64,000 nucleotides of DNA from contig CM082577.2 of assembly GCA_040954595.2 (NCBI GenBank), positions 14,019,903-14,083,902 of the forward strand, in the 5' to 3' direction. Source of the stretch: Balanoglossus misakiensis (Eukaryota > Animalia > Hemichordata). Position 1 is the first letter of the stretch. Each line of letters begins with the position of its first letter. Both the position numbers and the translations under genes were made by a program. Shown here piece after piece: positions 35,301 to 49,888 of this stretch. Under the pieces are notes generated by a model that was not told the origin of the DNA, ran no database searches, and was given only the letters and a program-made list of their open reading frames with translations.

Positions 35301-38300
35301 CAAACGTGGTAATTTAAACTAAATTGCGAATAACTGCGGCAGCGGCGAACACGTGTCCCTACTACCACGTACGGGTACCCTTGGCACGTCGCGATGTTGA
35401 ACGAATACGTAAAGGAAACAATTTTCTCTTCAATCTAATCATGCTCCATGTGATCCAAATTCCATGACAACGGATAATCAAGGCGCCAGGTAGAAAAGGC
35501 TGATCGAAGCATTTGGTTGCCATGCATATTTCTTATTAAATTATTGCGCTGCACACGAACCCAAAATTTTGAAAATAAGTAGGGGAATTTATTTCGTTTT
35601 TTAAAATATATTTTCTCTGTATCTGTTGTAATTTTGAAAGACATTGTGTCGCTTATTTTTATTGTACTTCTTTTAATCGGCGATCATCAACTGTATCTTC
35701 AATGACATACAGCTATACATTCTGTTGTCATGGTACAGAGAAGACACATAGAAAAAGTTTTGCATATATTAGCTCTGAGTCGTAGTAAAAAATCCCAATT
35801 TGTTTTCCTGAGCGCGACATTCTTGTATTTTCGGGTGATAATGATATATCTTATCTTTAATTAATCGATTTTTTTCGCTCTGGTTACAAATTGTACATAG
35901 CCTATGCCACAAGGCAGTGTGCTGTCCTAACAACAGACAAGATGACGGCGACTATAGTCTGTGTCCGAGATCGGGAAAAGACAGCAAATTGGGCGAAAAG
36001 AATCGACGAAACTAAAGTCTACTTTATACGGTGCGCATGAAATATGCAAGGAAGCGAAAACACTGAGTCCTTTATTTGAATGTGTCAAACGCAAAATTTG
36101 CTGAAGATTTGGATGCGACGTACTGTGTGTACACATACGCACATAGCATAAGACGATCGTCGGCCTTTAAAGAATACAAATGTCATATCAAAATTAAATT
36201 AATCTTTACAAATCAAAATTAAATAATTCTGTACAAACTTTTGAAAGCATGTAATAGTATGGTGATTATCAGGTAATATGCATACATTTATTATGACTTA
36301 TTACAGGTGGTAAACCTGATAGAGACCGCATTTCAAAGATACATTGCGTGACATACTTATTAATACCTCATTTACATATTCAAGTAATATTTGTAAATTG
36401 GCCATTTTAGACATTATCAAACGTTGCAGCACTGAATTGGATGAAAACTTCATAGGTATGTTGCCAATGATGTTTACTTACGTTGAGGTTTTGGTTGACC
36501 TGACCATCCACTCTTTGCATATCAAATGACTAATAGTACACGACCGCACATTAAAAATGATTGATCTGAAACTAACTTTTAAATGCTCGATGGTATTAGT
36601 CGACTGTTTGAAAACGCAACTGTTGTGCAGACCATTCTTTTGTGGGAAACTGTAATAATGTTTTGAGTGTTTGTTGAGTATGTTTTGTTGTAAGGGTGCT
36701 TACGTAAACGAAAACAACACACAGCGTTCGCGGCGAATGTTATACCCTTGAAACAGTTTACCGGGTATGCACAAGACATACTATGTCTAAGTCCTTTTTT
36801 ATGGCAACATTGAAGGCGCAATTCATTTCAACCATATGCTTACATTAATAACTGCTGCTCGTTTCCGTTATCAGCAGTTCTTTAATTCCTTACTGAGAAT
36901 TGCATTGTATCACAATAATGATGCATATTACAGATGTAGACTCCACTACAAAAGAATTAATACGCATTAGTTGTTCACCGTATGGTGACATTTCAAGATC
37001 GAAGAAAAGAGAAAACGTTGACCGTATATCATCAATCGAGAGAATCTACGGCGTTCAAATAACGCTTACGCTATCTAAATACACAACACTGCATATGTCT
37101 TTAACCAAAAATTACAATAAAAAGGGAATTGGTTGCAGAACAGAAATTGTACAAATATACTGCACATAATGTCATCTCGATGTCTGTTTTCCTAGCACTA
37201 GCTTTTAAAATGAAATGCATACATATCATAATAACGGCTGGTGTCTAAAGTCTAGAATTGTCATGCAAAATACGGGGTATTAAGCTGCGTGTATGTACTT
37301 GCCTCGTATACGTTGTGTGGAGAATCAGTTCCAACATTATGTTAAATCTGTGGTGGGTTGCACATATAATAAACTCTTCCAATTGGCCCGTCAGTGACCC
37401 TATAATAAGTACGCTGCACACAAAATTATGTATATGTATGCATTGCAGACAATGGTGACAAGGTGATGTGGGGAATAGAATAAGAAACAATAAAACTACT
37501 GAAAATATTATCAAAAATTACAGCTAAATTTCCTTTTAACGATCTCGGAAGAGTTAGTATCTCTTTTTCTCACAGCAGTTTGATAGTAGTGAAGTTTTGA
37601 CAGTTTTGTGTTACAGTCTCATAGCTGAGGTATTCTACGCGGTAACTATTCAAAACCCATTTTCACAGCTATGACTTTATTACCAAAAACATCATTCCCG
37701 TATAAACGCATATACATGTAATAATTGTCAATTTACATTGTTATTGTATATATGCTGTATTTACAGCCATCTAAATGACTGTTAACCCTCCTCAGCTTGT
37801 TCGCTATTATCTCCTACACTTATTCTGAACTACCTGGGCATCTTACATTGAATTTAAACTTGACTTCAATCGGAAATTACAAAGCCGAACATGACACGAA
37901 CGTACCCGTGTCTTTATACTGACACACGCACATACGCACGTTTGCGCACAGACGTGATTATTCTACATATCATATCATATTGATTGGCGAAGGCCACGTG
38001 GAAGCGATCACTTTTACGACTTCGATTTCAGTGAATGCTTAATTCGCCAAACCTGTAAAATATCGAATCTAAATGTCAACACAAGTTTCGACAGTATGGC
38101 GCGTAGGTGTGTATTAGGTATTTAACCTCGGTGGCTGGCGTTTTTTTCACATTATATTCGCGGTTTTTATTTTGTTTTTGAGATGAAGTTATGCATGATG
38201 TACTTTTGTACCTATGTGTGTCATCTTGTTTCAATACTTGTACAATAATTATTTGAATGTTGAAAGATTATGATCTTGGATTGCCATCCATTATAAAATT

Positions 38301-41300
38301 AATATCGCCGCAAATATAAAAGTCATACAAACATTTGGCCCTGCTTGATGCAAATCCTGCTTGATGAAATTACCACATAATCAATATGATAAACTGTCCT
38401 TCTACATTCATTCAGCTACACTGCAATTAACGTTTGAGTTGTTATGAAGCTGTCATATAGCAACAGTCTTAACTGCTGTATGCAGTGATGAGGTCGATGT
38501 TCAACCGAGACGGAACTGAATGTTTACTTAATGTTTACAACATTACTAGGTCATCTCCGACACGATTTGCACGTATTACATTACATATATCTAGGTATAA
38601 TTTACTGGCCGTTGAAATGAAAATGAATTGCTTCTCGTATGAAAGAAAAGCAAGCATAATACGAGTAAATGTGTGAAGTTTTAAGAGCTGCCGTATAGTG
38701 CATTGAAAAGTGGTCAATCTATATAGACGATTATAATGTTGAAAGATAGGTTTCATCATACGCGCTGACCTATCTTATTACCGATAAACTTTTAACCAAA
38801 GCGCTACACTACAAATGTTAAATCTCTATACTTTTGCACTTCTGTGCGATTGCATGGACGGAACTCTATGTTGTTAGTTGTGCTTTGTACGGTTTTTCGA
38901 AGCTTTTCCCATTTAATTTCATGATTGGTAGAAGAGCGTACATTGTATGTCAATGAAAATGGTATAAATAAACAGCTGTTCCATTTTCAAACCCTATCTC
39001 GAACCAAATATGAACTCATGTATAAAGGGGAAAAATCTCGATGCGAATAAACAGTAGCTGAACAAACGGGAAGGTTAGTTCTTGAAACATTTCATGGGTG
39101 CGATTTAAACACGTTCTTGATGTTTAGAAAAGTTAAATTAAACAAAATCAGAAATGCCTGCTTCCACGTACATACTGATATTGGTGTGGGACAACAATAT
39201 GTTACAATGTACAGAAATCCATGTGCAATCAGTGAGGCTAGTTAAACGAAGTCGGTTGAAAGAGTCGTTGATTCATATCTGCAATTCGGTAAACGCCAAT
39301 AAATGAAAATAAAATGTATCTATTCGACAAATTTGGTAATTCCCTCGATGATACAGCTCTCATACGATTTCCCATTCGCCCTTTGACGGACCCGGATTGG
39401 GAAGTTGAGACGCATTGCGATTCTCGGGAGATCCGAGCGTGCGGCGTTGCCATGGAGACAGTCATCGCTAACGCTGGGCAACACTTGTACGTGGCTGTCT
39501 CGTGGCTGGAAACGTGCTGCATAAAATGCGAATTTAATGACTGTCCTCTGTTATGACAATTGTTGAGGAAAAGTTACCTTTGGCGATTGAGGAACGGAAA
39601 AGTCCAAAATATCTGTCTGTATTGCAAGTGTTATGGCAATACGGACTGCTAGGAATATAAAGTTTCAAAATTGCCCATGCTCGTTTTATTCATGATCAGC
39701 TTGATCAAATAGTGATATGAACAAAATCATTCAACGTAGAATCACGCCAATCCCAAACTAATATCTAGAAACATAATGAATGTAACTGGGAGGTATTTAA
39801 AGACTTAAACAAACCAAAACTGTCTTTTTTTCAGCGGACGGTTTACATTACGAACGTCTGGACGTATTTCAGGCTTTGAATATTTTCATTACCACACCCC
39901 CCACCCCCACCCCCGATAAATAGATGATATGAACATGACGCATTTTGTTTTAATTGAAACAAATACAAAGCTATGGCTTGGTTTCATTACTGGTGGATAT
40001 GCAATAGACGAATATTAAAATTACCCTCGTCAATATTTTCAGAACCCAATTAGATGTGCGGGTGCTATGTGGCTATTAAAGTTAATGAAGAAAATAAAAA
40101 TCAAGTTTGTTTTATTATTACCATATGTCGAGTGATTAAACTGAATCATACACTGTTTTGTTGCCGGGTGTTATTACGTACAGTTGGCTGCACTTTCACA
40201 GACGTCGAATCCTGTCACAGATCATAGACGCATTTGGGACAATGCTTAATGTTGAAAGTATTTACATGAATTTTGGAATTTCAACGTGGGATGACGATAA
40301 AACGTCAATGGCGGGGGGGGGGGGGTGTGCATCTCGTCTTTTTCAGTGGCAAAACGCCACCACTTCACCATAGGAGATGCTAACTTAAGTGTCATTATGT
40401 TAGCTTACTTTGAGCTACAGATGCGATGCAACCTCTTTGAATGCTATGTTATTCCAAATTACAGAGCAGGTATAACCTTCTTGTCGACCTTTGAAAGTCC
40501 AACCGACACAAACCGAAGCAAATGCCACTCTCTCTACGCAATAATTACCTTTAACGTAATCCGTTAAAGATATTGCTTTCAGTGGTGTGAAATTATGATA
40601 TTGTATTTAACGGCATCATGCGCAGTGCACGAGAACACAACTGTAATTAAGTACAAACGCGATCGTTCATCCAAATTACTGTGCGCACTCTGAGAATCCA
40701 GATACAGCGATGTAAGCGTCGGACACAGTTAATTAAATCTAATCTTTAAAATCAGTACCTCGTATAACGGGTAACAAACGGACCAGTGAAATGTTCACTG
40801 ACTTTGTGGCATATGTTTGCGTCATCTCAAACATTTTTCTGGGGAATCGTCTGCAGAAGAGTTGCCATTTAATGATGGTCAGTCTGTCACGGAGTAAAAA
40901 TGCTGATTTACATAGTTTTGGTTTATTGAAACCAATTCCGAACAAAATGTGATATGATTTCTGCTTTTCTATATCGGTTTCGTCTTCTCCGGTAGCCGGC
41001 AAACACACCACAAGCAAGTTTGTTTAAAGTTGCTTATAAAGGTGTTTCCACCAGCACAATACAACTATACGAAACTTCTGTTACCAGCACTGTTGTTTGA
41101 TTAATATTCTAATTACGAAAATAAAAACATCCCTTACCTTTTGGACACTCCGATTTGACACTATGCATCACTGAAAACATTAAGAGCGGCAGGATAACCG
41201 ACAAGGCGAACATCGACTCCATTTTCTATTTCTTTTCTCTGATGCGATTTACACTTTCACGCTCTGCCATTCATTGTCTTGCGTCTGATCCAGATAACAG

Positions 41301-43942
41301 CCGAAGTCTTGTTTTACCGATGATGAAATGTAATGTGCGACGCACTACCAATGGCAAAATGAGAATTTTAAGTAACTTTATAGCGCATGCGCAGTTTTAA
41401 TCATCAAGACTTTTCTCCAAATCCATGCAACGCTAAGATTTATCCGTGAGTTTAAAGTCAAACACAATATACAAACCGATAACAATAAACGAAGGGTTTC
41501 CAATTTGGGTGAAATTTCAGGAGGACTGTTTTTGAACTCCGGAAACATCAATTCACTAACGTTTGAACGGCGTTCAAGCAAATAAATCCTTAATTTCCTC
41601 TGCGAGTCACGCGTCTTGACAATCAACGCAAATTTTCACCTTATCAAAATTTATCACCGTTTCTCGAAAAAATGAAAGCTCTTTAAAAACAAGTACATAA
41701 ACACGACTGCAATGAATTCAGAGACAGACGCTCGTTGCCAGGGAGACGTATAGAGTGCTCGCTGAATCGAATTATGACGTCATATCGTTGGGTATGGGTG
41801 AAAACTATTCGAGAGAAAACATTTTAATTTGCGTGAAAAAAAGACATGTACTAAACTATCGAGTATCACGTGATGTAGTTGTTCCTGGTAGGAGTGGTTA
41901 TAATCATTATTTTTTTTCTAAAGAAAGATGCATTTATGGCTTCTCGTTTTACAACATGCGACATTTGATTTGAGCGATGTTCTTTTTGTCCCAAGCTCCT
42001 TGAGTTAAAATGAACGAGCGATGACAAAGTGAACGATTTTGAAACCATTATCGTTATCTGTGAAAAACGAGGTAAAATTGCGGAATTCGAAGCGGCGTTA
42101 AAACAGAAACCAACTTTACTAATGTTAGACTAAAGAAGTGAGTCTTGTTCGTGGAACTCTAAACTGACAAGATGTAAAAAGGCAGCTCACTTTGATATAT
42201 GTTGTCTCTAAATCTTGAGGTTACAGTTGGGTTTTTGAGTTTTTTGCATTATGTCTACATTTCACATGTACAGTCACGTGTATTAATTAGTAGATATAAA
42301 AAAGCGTTGGAGATCAATGCGATACTAGCGAAACCTCCGCCATTTGTTCTTAAACTTACAGTTTCGGTATGCGGATTTTTTTAATGACTCTAAATGCACA
42401 AAAGAAAGGAATGTCAGAAGACTGTCGCACAGTCATTTCGGAAACATTAAACGCGGCGCCTTTTAAAAATGAATTCATTTTATACATACAGCATTGACAT
42501 CGGCCAATAATTGAACTTGTTACAAAGCATTGAGAGAAACAATAATGCATCCATGTTAGCCAATCCATCACTCATCCAATTTGTCGGTAAATTGAACAAG
42601 TATTGTTCAAAATCTTTTCAGCTATACCTAATAAGGTAAAAGTACAAATGACGCTCCAATTGGTGCCATGCCCTTAGAAGCAGGTGTCTTTGTTAGGAAG
42701 AGAGAAAAAAAACGGTGTACTGTTTTCTTGTTGCTACCGTGACGCAGCGTATATTCACTGGCGCAAAGAACAATCTCGCTTGGTATAGCTGATTACTTTC
42801 CGGCAGTGTTTGTTTCCTGTTAAGTTCGTGCAAGTGGTTTTATGACCGATAATCACTTTTTTCGAAATTTAAGACAAGAATCCCGAAAATTACTTTGATG
42901 AAGGAAGGAAGGAATTGACGTGGCATTTTCGTCTTTTCATGACGGGAAAACGTAAATCCCTTTCCCTAATAACCGTGGAAAATCAATTTAGCATAGTGAC
43001 AGAAACGCGGTGGTTCTTCTATTTAAATAACAAAGACTAGCATGCATTGCTCCGTGATAATTATTATCCGGAATACTGTGATAGGTAATAACACGTTGTT
43101 GGCAGCCTTAAGATGGAAACGTGACCTTATAGATGGTAACATTTTCGTTAGCTTATCCCACATGGCAGAAATGTTTCCCTTCAATTCTTATCCTTAAAGT
43201 ATAATTTTGCGATTTATTTTGAAGTCGCTGCCGATGATCTGACCAGATTTCGCAAATCTATTTTGTGAATGTCTTAACGTCGAAGAAGTCGAGCTATGTG
43301 GTCAATGTTTTTTTTGCAGTCCGCTTGCGCTGTGAGAGAAGTGATTCAAACATGTTATACGATCGTTAAATATCTTTAAATAAACAGCTCATTATTATCA
43401 TGTAGTAGCGCAATTTTCAGATTTATATCCGATAGCAAAACCGTTGTTCAGGTCTGATAGGTAATCGGCCTTGATGGATGTACTCAGCCATAATCTTCAG
43501 TTGACTTGTTGTCTGGGCTCAGTAGTCGGGAATGATCCTGGTTGTCTGCCATCCCAGGGAGGATAGGAATCTCGGAATTCTTCTTTATCGTTACCGTCCG
43601 TCAAAACAAGGGGAGGGTAACTTTTTCGGAAACACTGGTCGGTGGCTGCGAAAGCCTGTCGGGTATTCAAAGCTCGACAAATTCTCTCCCTCTCTTATAT
43701 AGGCAGTGATTTTGGCCAAGTTGTCTCCCATATTTAAAAAATGGATATTTTACATTTTTGAACAAGCATTGGTGTCCGCTTTTTCCTGCCTGGGATTGGC
43801 ACCGCAAGGAGTATGTGGACATAGTTGGACAGTCTGATATTACATGCAGTTGGGTGTGGCAGGGCCGGGTATATCGGATAATTGGTTATGGTTGACGGTC
43901 GCTGTGATTGGTAGTCGAGTATGGTATCATAGTCGGGCATAA

Positions 43943-44255
43943 GGCTAAAAAAATAATTTGTGTTGTTCCGAATACATGGTTTGTAAAAATAGGGTATAGG
44001 TGGGTAGGGAATTTTGTTTATTTTGCTTTTTTTTTATTTCTCTGGCCGCCGTAGTGTAGAAGAATGAGGTCATAGTTCTTGCATGATGCGCGCGATTTCG
44101 TCATAGTCCTCGCGTCATTCGCGCAATTTTCATAAATTTTGTACATTTGACATCGTTATTTTTACTTCCGGGTTTACGAAGCTCTAAAACGTTTAGGGTC
44201 GGTGGGTTAATTTTAGGGTAGGTCGGGTAATCGGAACAGCTTATAATTTTTTTTA
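43943..44255. mobile_element. Harbinger-type MITE, family C copy 1 (right end eroded)
   Basis: Collinear with 56047-56372 (gttccga.tacatggttt...tttgacatcgttatttttacttccgggtttacgaag...agggtaggtcgggtaatcggaacagc); preceded by TAA. Confidence 0.75.
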
Positions 44256-47200
44256 TATATATTCGTCGAATGGGTTTTCTTGTCTCTATATGATCGTTGC
44301 ATAGTCAATTCTTTATGCGTTGATGCTGAAATTATTTCCAGCGAACAGAAATATCAGAATAAATATCGTTCAAAAGGCGTCTTGTGAAATTGATTTTAAT
44401 TATGTTACCATTTTTTTTCCTCTTGTATGGAATTTGATAGATTGTATTCAATCATTACTCAAGTCTCGATTGTGTTTCTCCTGCCGGGGAATTAATCGAA
44501 GACTGAGAAATGTCAACTAGACTCAATTATGTTTTATTTCCTCCCGAATGAAAGGCCGCTTTTGCCCTAAACCACTTTGATTTAATTTAAACTTAATCGA
44601 CCCAATTGAGCTTGAGGAAAACTACCACGGCAGCTTTCAACTTATACCAGTAGTTACTGACGTGTCATAGACTGACGCGGACAAGTAATTTCAGGTGCCA
44701 ATTTTCGTCTGGAGATTCCGAAACAGTGCTATCGTTAACAATCACATGATCGATAAACCGACCGCCCTTGTTATGAATGTGCACGTGTATTACGATTAAA
44801 AAATTCAGCACATATACATGTACATGAATACTGAACAAGACAGTCTTATACCAAAAACATCTGCAATGTATAAAGCCTAGACTTTTCCGATTAAAATCAT
44901 GATATTTTTTAGGTTTTAAGACCTTTATTTTGACGAGGAAACTCATTTCTCAGTCACATTTCTGGAAATAGTAACGTTTTGTGGCGACTATATTAAATCA
45001 TAGCTACCGTAATATTACTTCTTGCAGTGTTGTAGCAATAAATATCAACTGCGTACACCTGCTCATTTGAGTTTTCAATTACGTTCAATTATTAGACACG
45101 TTACTGTGAGAGAAAGAAATCACACTCAGTTTGCACGAACACACATTTTAGGTATTCATTTACGTCTAACATAATGTAATATTTGCATACGCATGGCTTA
45201 ATGTTGCATGAGAAATTAAAAAAAACACACATCAATATTTTATTATTCACGACAGCGAACAAATTGTCGACGAACTGTTGATTCATTTCATTGGCAATAG
45301 TTGTGCGTTTTACAGCTATCCGGTTCTTGGGTTGTTGGCGTTGAATTAATCACCGCGTTAAAGTGGCCGAACATCTGGCACCATCGCAGGAGATTGGTGA
45401 TGGCTCCACTAAACGACTGCTCACATGTATACGAAACACATTAAATGTCCTTCTGATATGTGTCTAAGTTCGAGCCGAAATGCCCGTTTTCGTAAGTCTA
45501 AAGCCCTGGTTGCAAACTAGGGAAATAAACTGAAACGGCTTCGTGGGAAAATGTGTCACACATTCTCAGCAAAAGTCATCCAAGTATCAAATGTGCGTAT
45601 GTTTTTGATATTCAATTCACCCTCATACAAATTAAAGCTAGAGTATTAGACTCGGGATGTTTCGAAGAGTAACAATGTTCATGTTTCTGTCTTATTGGAG
45701 TAGGGGAGGGAGGGTAGAAATATGCAAACGATCGTGACGTCACGCATACATGGGACTGCGTTCGAAATCCACAGTACTAGGAACAAGTCTGTGTTTACTT
45801 GACGATGTATAAGTTTATTTTTAGACTCTTTATCTGGACGTATCCCGTCACTGAGGATAAACGCGCAGAAAATGATTACCATGGAGTGTTACGACCGAAT
45901 TGTATGGATGGCCAGTTTGGAGCAATTAAGATGAAGGCTTCGTTCAAAGTCACCCTATACTATCGCAACTTTCGCTGCACCCCCCCCCCCCTTACAGGTA
46001 AAGAGTTAATGTTTCATCACCGGGCAACCAACTCTACTTACCAAGCATGTCACTTTGAGCAGATGTCAGACTGAGATTTAATATTCCTTTCCGTCAGGAA
46101 TTGCTTTGGCTTATTTCGCTCGACGGACTGACTACGTCACATCCGGCATTTAATGATCACTTAATTCTGTAATGCGAGAAAACGTCAAAAAGTGGCGCAC
46201 ATTAAAACGGAATTATGAAGTCTACGGAAATATGTTTTGAGTGTTAATGATTTTTAAAAATCCAAAATAGCGTCAGGAGTTATAGAATTCGTTAATTAAC
46301 CGTGAAGAAATACATTTGTTTTGACAATTATGAAATAACCGTCTGCGATAAAAACAGACTGTTATATTTGAACAATCAATGAATTCTCCTGACCCAGAAA
46401 ACAAGAATGCTTTAATCATCACGAAAGTAGTTCAAATTTAGTAGCATTACACACACAGTAGGAACGCATTAATGATAGAAGACTATATACACCATTGACA
46501 AATTTGACAGTCCGGACCAATTTGAACTTATGATGATAACGGTTTGTCGTTCAATTAGTTTGTCTGAAAGTTAGATTAAAGCCCCTTTAGCTGCAACTTT
46601 ATGACATTTATTTTCAAATTGTACTAGTCATTACAAGATGTACGCACTGAATGGATATTATGGTCTAATTAACCCCAAAATACGACTGCATTCCAGCATG
46701 CAAGTTTTAACCAGATAGATTTGTGACAAAGCACTTAGAAGCAACAGATGGGCGTTTACAATGGGATCACACATCGAACTCTCCGTGATGTAAGTAAACC
46801 TCACCATTCGATAACTGATTATAAAGACCTATAAATGTTAAAATGTAGATATTCGCAATATTCTCTGAGAATTTGATCGAACATATTAGCATAGTTCGTG
46901 AAATCATACAATTTTCCAGATATATTTAAATGCATTGCGTGTAAGATGTCTATATAGGTCCGGCTATAAACCTGTCGATAATTTTGGCAAAAACGTCACG
47001 TTTTTTTGTCGGCGCTCTTTCCCTGATTCGAATTTGTCTTGTGAAAGACTCAAAAGACGCACATGACTATCTGCTTGTCTCATTTGTTAATCTTTGTCAT
47101 TGTCTAGGGCTATATTTCCACCTCTCTTGTCTTGCGTCATCACAATGCTCCCGTGTTCCTCTCGCAGCATGTCTATTTTACTGTCTATTTCTTTGGTTCT

Positions 47201-47446
47201 ATTCTTGTGTCGTATGTCCCGCTTTGGCGTCAGCAGTCTGTGCATCCATACGTCATTAACATCTCGAAGTGCGCATGTTCTGTACTTCAGCAAATTCTTT
47301 GAGGGAGAATAAAGACAAAATACACATTTCGGATGATGTACACGGGGAAACAAGAACACAACACAAAATGCTCCTTCTTGAAATGCATGAACTGCGCGGC
47401 AAACGGAATTTCGCCTTTATCCCCTGCTCAGTATATAGAGAGATAA

Positions 47447-48258
47447 GGCTGCATTCACAAACACCTCTGGAGGGGGGGGGGGGCAGGAGAATTGAGGGGG
47501 GGATTTGAAAAAAATGAGGGTATGTAAGGGGGGGGGATTTGAAATAATTTAGGGACTGAAAGGGGGGGACTTGAAAACTTTAACAACTAAATATTTATTT
47601 TGAGTCCACAAAAATGCAGTTTCGCGCCCTTTATTTTACAAAATTTTCTAATGTGGGAGGGGGACACCCCCTCCCACACCCACCCCCTCCATTCATCAAC
47701 ACCTTTCAATCATTGACTGGTTTATCTAGTGTCCCAGGTCAGGGGACTTGCCCCACCCCATGATAACTTTGAGCGGCGACGGTTAAATTTGTCCTCCCCA
47801 ACATACCGGTAGTTGAGTTAATTTGCTTTTACCGGGTTCATTAAAATGCAGCTTTGAGCTCTGTATTTTAGAAAATTTTCTTACGTGGGAGGGGGACACC
47901 CCCTCCCAAACCCACCCCCTTCAATTCTCGGTTTACAATGTCTCCCAACACAGAATACAAATATACATGTATGTACTTAAAGATAAAAACAATGTTCAGT
48001 TTTAATACCCACTGATGAGGGGAAACATCAGTTTCAAATTCTTTTCATGGGAGCGCTGTTTTTCTTTTTACAAGATAGATAGGTGATGTGTTTTACTCTG
48101 TGAAAGAAAATGGGGGGGGGATTTCAAAATTTTGGCAGTTCGGAAGGGGGGGATTTGAAAATATTGGCAGTTCGGAAGGGGGGCATGTGAAAATTAGCGG
48201 TAAAAAAAATTGAATTCTCCCGCCCCCCCCCCCTCCAGAGGTGTTTGTGAATGCAGCC
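47447..48258. mobile_element. PIF/Harbinger-type MITE, family A copy 2
   Basis: Same TIRs and TAA TSD as 19958-20748; differs only by a few substitutions and small indels. Confidence 0.9.
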
Positions 48259-49840
48259 TAAACATTCGAATGAAGATATGCAGAGGTGTTCTCACTTGCA
48301 AAATCATGGTGTAATAGGCAGTGTGTGTGTATGTGGGGGGAGGGGGGGGGGGCAATTGTTGCTCGCAACTCGTCCGGAAAAACGATAACATAGCGGTACG
48401 CATGCTACATTCCTTGAGATAGCTTTCATCACTGGATCCTGGAGATTAAATATTCGTATACAAACACTTTGATAACAGAAATGGGTTTCCTTTTTAATTG
48501 TTCGCATGCCAAATACTTGTAATACGGTGCACAATATGCTGCTAGTTTTTTTCCCGAATTTACGATGGCATAACCTTATATAACATTCCAGATAATTCAA
48601 TTGAAAAAAAAAAACATTTAGGCAGCAGTGATCGGCCTATTATATGAAATTTTCGCTTCAAGTTCAACGTGTTAGTGTTCATTTTACCTCAGGAAACTGA
48701 TATATGCCAGGGCGATGATTCCCAATCATAACAGTCATATCAAGATTGCTTATTTTGGTCGATCAGATTGGGGAAAGAAAAAAAACATTCTGAAACTGTT
48801 AGTTTGAGATCACAGTGTTTATTTTAGACACCCGCAAAGGGTTAATATAGGGACAAACTAGAACATTACACATAGCATTCGCAGTCAGACAAGCTCATTC
48901 ATCACAAACTACACCGTAGTTATTATATGTATATATACCGCATAGGGAAATATACTTTGTGTGTTTGTAATATATGCATAACGATTTCTCATATGAAATT
49001 ATCCTAACGGCAGACTCATTAGCAAAGAGAATACATGTATAAGAATTTGTAGAAACAAACATTAACGGCCACTGAGGGCGCTATACTAAAAGAGCAAATC
49101 ATGATGGGATTTTGGAGAAATTTATGAATTAATCAGCGAATGCATGTGTTGGAGACATTGCTACATCTAATACTAACTGAGTTGTTTAAAAATGATGAAA
49201 CGTAGAAGAGAATTCGCTTCTCTTTACTTCTCGACGGACCAATATCATTCATCAATACGTTCTACAGAAGAAAACGGCACTACAAACTATAGTTGATAAG
49301 CCTTTACTTTAAGTACAAATGTAACTATATGCTAATTATTTCAGTATCTCGGCTACAACACAAGAGACATGCGCCAAAATCAAGCAGTTTTCGGTATTGG
49401 AATGTAAACCACTTTTGCGCCAGTATGTGACGTCATCACCTGAAAGGATAAACATTCGACCTAGATTAATGTTGACTATGCTGTCCTTGTCTATCTATTT
49501 CATTGCTTTTGCAGCTATGTGTATACTAAAATTACTGCTTAAACGAAACACATTTCCAGATTTAAGCTTATACATACTATACCTAAACAATATACATAAA
49601 CACGCCACCTAGAGTAGAGTTCATGCAGAAGTCCAAAATGGTTTTCAGTCACAGCTAACAAATGACCACTGATGCCCTCATTTGAGTGATCGTTATCCAC
49701 TGAAATCGAATCCACAATTACCCCTCAGCAAGTAAGTTTATAGACTAGGGCCCCTTAATGAAATCAGGTCATATAACGTTGGTAAAACATTTGTCTCACG
49801 AAGTATATCTCAGTCTCTTGCCTACCTCATGATGCTAGAC

Positions 49841-49888
49841 TTATGAAGCTAACATTTTTGCTTTCTTGGAATAGTGGACGTATTTCAC
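49841..49888 (-). CDS. IF gene putative last coding exon (VKYVHYSKKAKMLAS*)
   Basis: Strong acceptor tctctcttttaacag, phase 0, TAA stop. No homology support, so less certain. Confidence 0.55.
   Translation of the reverse strand: MKYVHYSKKAKMLAS

Noticed and set aside
29400-43400. Numerous 60-123-aa ORFs (e.g. 33251-33517, 34429-34810, 39314-39556)
   Set aside because: No domain similarity I can recognise and no consistent exon chain. Small exons or lncRNA cannot be excluded without RNA data.
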